From positions 59,700 through 123,699 of the forward strand of contig NIVC01003038.1 of assembly GCA_002269645.1 (NCBI GenBank): DNA of 64,000 nucleotides, read 5' to 3'. The notes under the pieces were generated by a model that did not search any database, was not told the DNA's origin, and worked only from the letters and a program-made list of their open reading frames with translations. The position numbers and the translations under genes were made by a program. Of the stretch, positions 57,486 through 64,000 are shown in pieces; the stretch's first letter is position 1, and every line of letters begins with the position of its first letter. Source of the stretch: Macrostomum lignano (Eukaryota).

Positions 57486-60400
57486 ATGGCGACCCGACGG
57501 TCTCAACTAAGGTGAGTCTTTAATCTTTTCGCCCCTTTCGCTCGTTTTTTTCGCTCAATCTTTTTAGAAGGGTTTGGCTTATCTTTGATTGTTCCTGCTA
57601 AAGCTGTCCTGCCATTGTTTTCATGTGTCCTGTACCTGCTTCAGGCATCCTGTTCTTGCTTCAGTGTCATTGCAAGATCAGGTGTCCTGACATGCTTCCA
57701 TAGGCGTAGGAATGGGGGGGACAGTTGGGCCATGCCCCCCCCACTTTTTAAAGTTGGGGGAGGGCAGTAATGGTATCTGGCCCCTCCATATTTTAAATGC
57801 AAAATGTAGATTTTTTGCTTATTTTTTACTTTCATTTTTTATTTTTGCTGCTTTGCATGTATGCATTTTGCTGCAGGGTGACAAAACATAGCGCCTGCAG
57901 CGCTAAACTGAGTGCCTGCGGCGCTAAAATGAGTGCCTGCGGCGCTTAAATGAGTGCCTGCGGCGCTAAAATGAGTGCCTGCGGCGCTAAAATGAGTGCC
58001 TGCGGCGCTAAAATGAGTGTCTGCGGCGCTAAAATGAATGCCTGCGCCGCTAAAATGAGTGCCTGCGGCGCTAAAATGAGTGCCTGCGGCGCTAAAATGA
58101 GTGCTTGCGGCGTTAAAATGAATGCCTGCGGCGCTAAAATGAGTGCCTGCGGCGCTAAAATGAGTGCCTGCGGCGCTAAAATGAGTGCCTGCGGCGCTAA
58201 AATGAGTGCTGACAACACCGATTCAAAAATAATTGGTACATGATAATGTGCATTTTCCATATAAAAAAACAGAAAAATCTAATTCGACAGGGGGCGTGCA
58301 CCCTGTGCGCCCCCCCCCCCTAAATCCGCCACTGAACCTGCCCCCCCCCACTTTTTGAAGCGTTCCTACGCCTATGATTGCTTCAGATATCCTATCATCT
58401 TGTCATCCTATAGGCTTAACTTTTTATGTTATCGCGCCCTTTATTTGGGTGCCCTTGCTTCAGGTATCCTGTTTCATCTATCTTGATGTTTAAAACGCCA
58501 TACACTATTTATGTACGAGATTTCGTTGCCTCCTTAGTATATTTATTTTTTCGCTATTTCGAATATCACAGAGCAACCTCTTATCGAAAATTACAGGCTG
58601 TTGGCAGTCAGCATTCTGTTCCTGTCATCTTTTATCCAGCAGTCGGATGCGCAGGTAAACCAACCTAATCATCGATCTACATGCATACACAAGGCACCTA
58701 CAAATTCAGAAATAAAAAATCTTATATGCGTCGATGCTCCTCTTTTAGGCAAGAAATTGTACCAAAGTTTGCAGAGATTTTGACTGCCGTTGCGTCAAAG
58801 GCGAAATGGTAAGCTCTGCATTGAGATTGCTGCTCAAAATAGCCGACTAATTGACCGATTAATTAACGCAATCAATCAAACCCGGCAGGGTCCCAGAGGC
58901 GCGTTGGGTGATCCAGGACTCATCGGCCAGTCCGGCATGCCCGGAGCTCCTGGCAGCGTTGGCAGCCGGGGCGAGCCGGGACTGCAGGGTCCGAAGGGTG
59001 ACCAGGGCGACAGGGGCTTGCAGGTTGGTGAAGAATAGCAGATAGAATGCATGTGCTAAAGAAGGAATTATACGGTTGCATTAGCAATTTATCAAATACT
59101 ATAAGTTTATTTCTATCATTTTCACAATACCACAAATTCGAAGAGATATAATGACGATTAGAATTGCAATTTGAACTCTAACAGTTCCAGCTCTGAGCTT
59201 GAGCTACTTTTGAGTAATTTACCTACAAAAGGACAAATGAAAAAATAGCTTTCCAGGGTAGGGGAAGTCATGATCCTCATTTTCTCAAGGAGGGTCAGCC
59301 AACCCCCCTAGATCCCTCCCTGGATCCGCTAGTGTTACAGGCATGAGGCATACGGCTAAAGTAAACTGACTATAGTAAACTAACTATACTTTTTCAATAT
59401 CAATAGTATTCAGATTCATTATATTCAATATATAATGTGTATCTCCTCCTCCTCACTTCCGATTGGCTTATCTATCTGCCTATCGTTGGCGCCTTTCCAC
59501 GCAAACTCTGCCCCTCTCGCTTCAATCTCTACCCCTATTTTATTGCCCATAGCTCTCCCGGCTAGGGAGGGGGGACGAACATTAAGCTGCCATGTACATT
59601 CTCTGCAGCGCTGACCGATGAGGTCCGATGTACATTTTTCCTGCACTGAAAATCTGTGTCACGTGATTCTCTCTCTCCTGATAAGAGTGTAGCCTATATA
59701 ATCCGTCTTGTCAAGGCAATTTTAATTTCCTCTCAGCTTTCCTGGGCAGAGACAACAGCTGCCACTTTCTTTATTAGCTAACTGCATCAATTTATTGCTC
59801 TTGTTTTTTTTAAATAATTTTTTTAAATCATTGAAAATTATTTAATGAGTTCTACTAACTACACAACATATCGTTTAACTTTTACAGGGTCAAATTGGTC
59901 AGCCAGGCTACCCTGGAACCTCGGGAGAAGCCGTGAGTTATTATTAATAACTTTCTTATCGTACTGGCTATGCGAGAAGTTGGTTTTTTGTTAAATCAAG
60001 TGTTCAGTTCCCAGACGTAATCTTCCTTAGATTACGCCTACGGAAGCTGCAGCATAGATTTCTTAAATATTTTATATATCCAAAGCTTCAAGAGCGTGAC
60101 CCCAACCATCTGATCCAATCCAGGGCATTCCCGGTATGCCGGGCCGGAAAGGCAACAAAGGCGAGCGCGGATGTGAAGGCAAAGCTGTAAGTCAGTTGAT
60201 TTGACACCGTGAACAATGCTTAGCCACTTATGTTCTCTGGTATCATGAAGCACTACGTTAATTCATTATTCTCTAGTTTCTAAATTACACTTGCCAGGTA
60301 ACAAGATCAATGACTTGCTGGTTAGCTATACTTAAACTGGTTCACTGGTTTTTTTAGTTTCATCGCAAAATTACCTAGCTCACTGGTTTCCTAATTCACC

Positions 60401-63400
60401 GGTTTTCTAAGTTACTGGTTCCTTAATTCATCGGTTCCCCAATTCACCGGTTCCCCAAATCACCGGTTCCCCAAATCACCGGTTCCCTAATTCACAAGTT
60501 CCTTAATTCACCGGTTCCCCAATTCACCCGTTCCTTAATTCACCGGTTCCCCAATTCACCCGTTCCTCAATTCACCGGTTCCCCAATTCACCCGTTCCTC
60601 AATTCACCGGTTCCCCAATTCACCCGTTCCTCAATTCACCGGTTCCCCAATTCACCGGTTCCCCAATTCACCCGTTCCTCAATTCACCGGTTCCAAAAAT
60701 AACTGGTTCTCCAATTCACCGGTTACTTAATTCACCGGTTCCCAAATTTACTGGTTCACAGATTAACCGGTTGCTTGATTCACTGGTTCACGGATTCAGT
60801 GGTTCACAAAGTCCTCCAAAATTCAAATCCTGAACTTGCCCAGGGTCAGCCAGGTCTGAAAGGCCTGTCCGGCTCCAGGGGCTACAGGGGTGACCCAGGT
60901 CCCGATGGCATCAAAGGCGAGAAAGGCGACTCAAGCGCGTCGGCGATGGGCGTCAAAGGCGAGCGAGGCCCGACTGGAACAGACGGCCGCAACGGCAGTC
61001 GAGGCGTCGAAGGTCCTCGAGGTGTCGATGGACCGCCAGGAGACAGGGGCGACCCCGGAGAACAGGTGAGTGGGTAGTCCTGAATACAATAATGAACTTT
61101 AATATCCGCTGTGCGAGCAGATAAAGAGGGTGGATGTTATAGAGTGAGAGATCGAGACTGAGAGGAATATGGGAGAGGAAGGGAGATTAAGATGGGAGCA
61201 AGCAGGAGAGACAAAAGATCGAGACTAAAAGAATGAGGGAGACCGGAGACCGATAAAATTTTTGGGCTTGAACAAATTTGAATCCGCCTGCACTGTCACC
61301 GCCACGCAGGGTCAAAAAGGCTACCAGGGTACCAAAGGCTACATAGGACTGCCAGGCGACAAGGGCGAAGGCATACGTGGAGACAACGGCACCACAGGCG
61401 ACCGGGCGCTCCCGGAGACCAGTGCTCAACCGTGACGCTCAGCGTGCCAAGAAATAAGCTACTTAATATGGACCAGACTATGCAAGGGCCGAAGGGTATA
61501 CGCGGTCCAAAGGTATGAAATCGCTTCGTTATTATTTTTACTCGTAGAATATAAAATTAGATTTTAATTTACTTAATGAAGTTGAAATTAGAATATTTGT
61601 ATCAATGGTGGGGAAGGGCAGAAAAGCCACTTTGAATGCACGCTTCTTAGCCAATCAGAATGGGTGAAGGGTGAAGAAGACAGGATAGAGGGTAAAAGAC
61701 CCCACTGCCAGTGAACGCTTCCTAGCCAATCAGAGTGAGCGAAGGGTGAGAAAGACAGGATGGAGGGTAGAAGACCCTCTGTCAGTGCACGCTTCTTAAC
61801 CAATCAGAATTGCTTGAAATAAAAGTAGAAAAGTAATGAAACTCGACACATTTCCACTACAATTTCAGGGCGAAAAGGGAGACCCCGGAATGCCCGGCGA
61901 CCGAGGCATCAAAGGAGATATGGTGATTTATCTAAGCCATTATTTGTCTCAGTTAATAAATGAAGAGCAATAAGAAGCCTGCTACTGACAACCTATCATT
62001 GCACACAGGGACGCGACGGCACAGTTGGTCAAAAGGGCGACCCAGGGCCGATAGGAGACCCAGGCTCGAAGGGCCAGCCAGGTGAAAAAGGCGACAAAGG
62101 ACCGAAAGGAAAGGAGGTAAATTTGGCTAATTAATAGCATTGTCACAACGGCACAAAATTTTGAAATCTGCAGGATCCCTCTAGCAACTATAGCTGAAAC
62201 CAGATATGCAGAATTCCAAACTAGAAACTACAGAAACCCAAACCGGAAGCTACAGAAACTCAAGCTAGAAGCTACAGAAACTCAAGCTAGAAACTATAGG
62301 CACTAATCTAGAAACTCCGGGAGCAAGAACTTCTCTCGAAGGGCCTGTGGGAATTGCAAAAACCAACTAAAAAGTACGTTGGACACTCACCACGTTCGAT
62401 GCTATCAGGGAAAGCAACGGTCGCGACGGCGGCATCGGCATTGACGGCAATGAGGCGATCGAGGACCACCCGGCGACCCCGGCATGGACGGCACGGAGGG
62501 CGTTAAGGCGTCAAGGCGACCCAGGACCGTCGGGCGTATGCCAAGCGCTAGAGGGTCCCGCTGGCATCAAGGGCGCCACCGGACCGCGTGTGGAAGTCGG
62601 CGAGAAGGGTCTGACGGTCCGGCCGGGCCGCAGGGCGCAAGGGTTTCCTCGGTGAGGCTGGAGCAAGGGCCAGCAGGGCGACACCTGCAGGAACGGCTCG
62701 AAAGGCGAGAAGAAGGCAACCGTGGACCTGAGGACCACGCGGTCAAAAGGGCGACGAAGGCGACCAGGGTCCAAGGGTGCCTCAGGCAACAAAGGCGCCA
62801 AGGGCTATCAGGCGCTGGAGTGAAGGCGACCAGGTGAGTTCAGTTAGTTAGTCAGTTTAGCTAGTTAGTTATTTCGTTGGAAGCGTCGAGTTCGCGCAAT
62901 TCCTTTACTCAGCTACTAATAGTAGGGGAGTAGGCACACAAATTAAAAATTTTATTTGCATGAACGCAGGGTCCGACTGGCGACAGGGGCTACAAAGAGC
63001 GATAAGGGTGAGCCGCGGCTATCGTGGCAACAAAGGCGTCAAAGGCGGCGCTATTCGGGCGATCCCGGCTCCACCGGACAGATGGGCGGGACAAGGGCAT
63101 CCACGGACCGGCTGGTAGTCGAGGCCGCAAAGGCGACAAGGGTGACGCTGGCCAGAACGGCGAATGCCGAGTGATCAACTGCACCAGGGGCGAGAAGGGC
63201 GACATGGGCCGAAGGCTGGAAAGGCGACAAGGGCCAGCCAGGTCCGGGGGGCCGCAGGGCGAGAAAGGCTACAAAGGCTATCTGGGTCCACAAGGAAACA
63301 AAGGCAGCATGGACCTAGGGGCTTGAAGGTAAGGACGTTGTCGACGTAAGCACACTACCCCACCCCTACTCATTACACACTGCCCCACCCCTTCTCCTAA

Positions 63401-64000
63401 CACACTGCCCACCCTTCTCCTTACACACTGCCGCACCCTTCTCCTTACAAACTGCCCCATCCCTTCTTCCTTACACACTGCCCCACCCCTCCTTACACAC
63501 TGCCCTACCCCTCCTCCTCACACCTGCACCCCTTCTCCTCACACTCTCGCCCCACCCCTCCTCCTCACACACTGCCCCACCCCTCCTCCTCACACTCACA
63601 CACTGCCCACCCCTCCTCGTTCAGGGCGAAACGTACAAAGGAGTCACTGGCGATCGTGGACTGCAAGGAGATGATGCGAGAGTGAATGTGACCACTATCA
63701 AAGGTGAGGAAATTGTTGACAGGTTATTATGAATCCATAATTTTTTTTCAAATTTTACAAATACGAATGCAAAAAGCGTCATCGGAATGTTACTTGAAGT
63801 ACAAAGTATCTGCGGAACGCCGCGACCTCACAGGTCACAAAGGCGAGTTCGGTTATAAGGCACCAATGGCGAGAAAGGCGAGAAAGGCGTGGCCGGAATC
63901 AATGGAAAAATTGGCAGAAAAGGCGACAGAGAGAAAAGGCGATAAGGTAAGTTTATGTCATTCCCTAACCAAATCTGCCACCCCAACTAAATCTGCCATT
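57486..64000 (+). CDS. Second type IV collagen alpha chain, 5' part (runs off the window; indels from about 61405 onward)
   Basis: Exons 57486-57511 (MATRRSQL), 58597-58654 ([20 protein letters not shown], signal), 58749-58808 ([20 protein letters not shown], 7S cysteines), 58889-59023, 59888-59932, 60124-60186, 60844-61065, 61310-61512, 61869-61922, 62009-62116, then Gly-X-Y exons at about 62409-62833, 62971-63330, 63625-63703 and 63835-63947. Type IV is inferred from the Cys pattern and head-to-head layout; NC1 lies outside the window. Confidence 0.85.
57699..58376. mobile_element. hAT-type MITE containing a 21-bp tandem array, in intron 1 of the plus-strand collagen
   Basis: TIRs CATAGGCGTAGGAA (57699-57712) and TTCCTACGCCTATG (58363-58376). 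Flanks CATGCTTC and ATTGCTTC are a 6/8 match, consistent with a decayed 8-bp TSD. Internal CTAAAATGAGTGCCTGCGGCG about 15 times (57893-58210). Confidence 0.75.
60370..60800. repeat. Degenerate ~16-18-bp minisatellite (collagen intron)
   Basis: AATTCACCGGTTCCCC / AATTCACCCGTTCCTC units. Confidence 0.85.
63350..63620. repeat. C-rich minisatellite (collagen intron)
   Basis: CACACTGCCCCACCCCTCCTCCT-like units. Confidence 0.8.

Noticed and set aside
57490-57520. Flatworm spliced-leader RNA gene (GACGGTCTC resemblance)
   Set aside because: Only a 9-nt match, lying within the first coding exon of the collagen gene; no SL exon ending in ATG and no Sm site.

Overview
Eukaryotic (metazoan invertebrate) genomic DNA, intron-rich and heavily loaded with transposons and tandem repeats. 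The style resembles a free-living flatworm such as Macrostomum, which is an inference only. I reconstructed five host genes by hand from splice sites and reading phase. (1) SRSF1/ASF-SF2 (+, 3 coding exons, 246 aa). (2, 3) Two tandem paralogues with identical 10-exon phase structure, each encoding PH domain, Pro-rich/Tyr-motif linker and three tandem divergent SH2-like domains (746 aa and 635 aa); five of the six SH2-like domains lack the pTyr-binding arginine. (4, 5) A head-to-head pair of type IV collagen genes: a complete minus-strand gene (15 exons, 1769 aa) and a plus-strand gene running off the window end with indels that look like assembly errors. The complete chain is Pro-poor, Lys-rich, carries many N-glycosylation sequons, and its NC1 domain appears to lack the sulfilimine-crosslink lysine. 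Mobile elements include two Penelope-like retroelements (one with a hammerhead ribozyme and an inverted terminal copy), a deleted mariner, a Crypton fragment, a truncated Gypsy, a tRNA-derived SINE and several MITEs. About 16 mini/microsatellite arrays explain most of the spurious ORFs. The best candidate for an undescribed system is the PH plus triple pseudo-SH2 adaptor gene pair.
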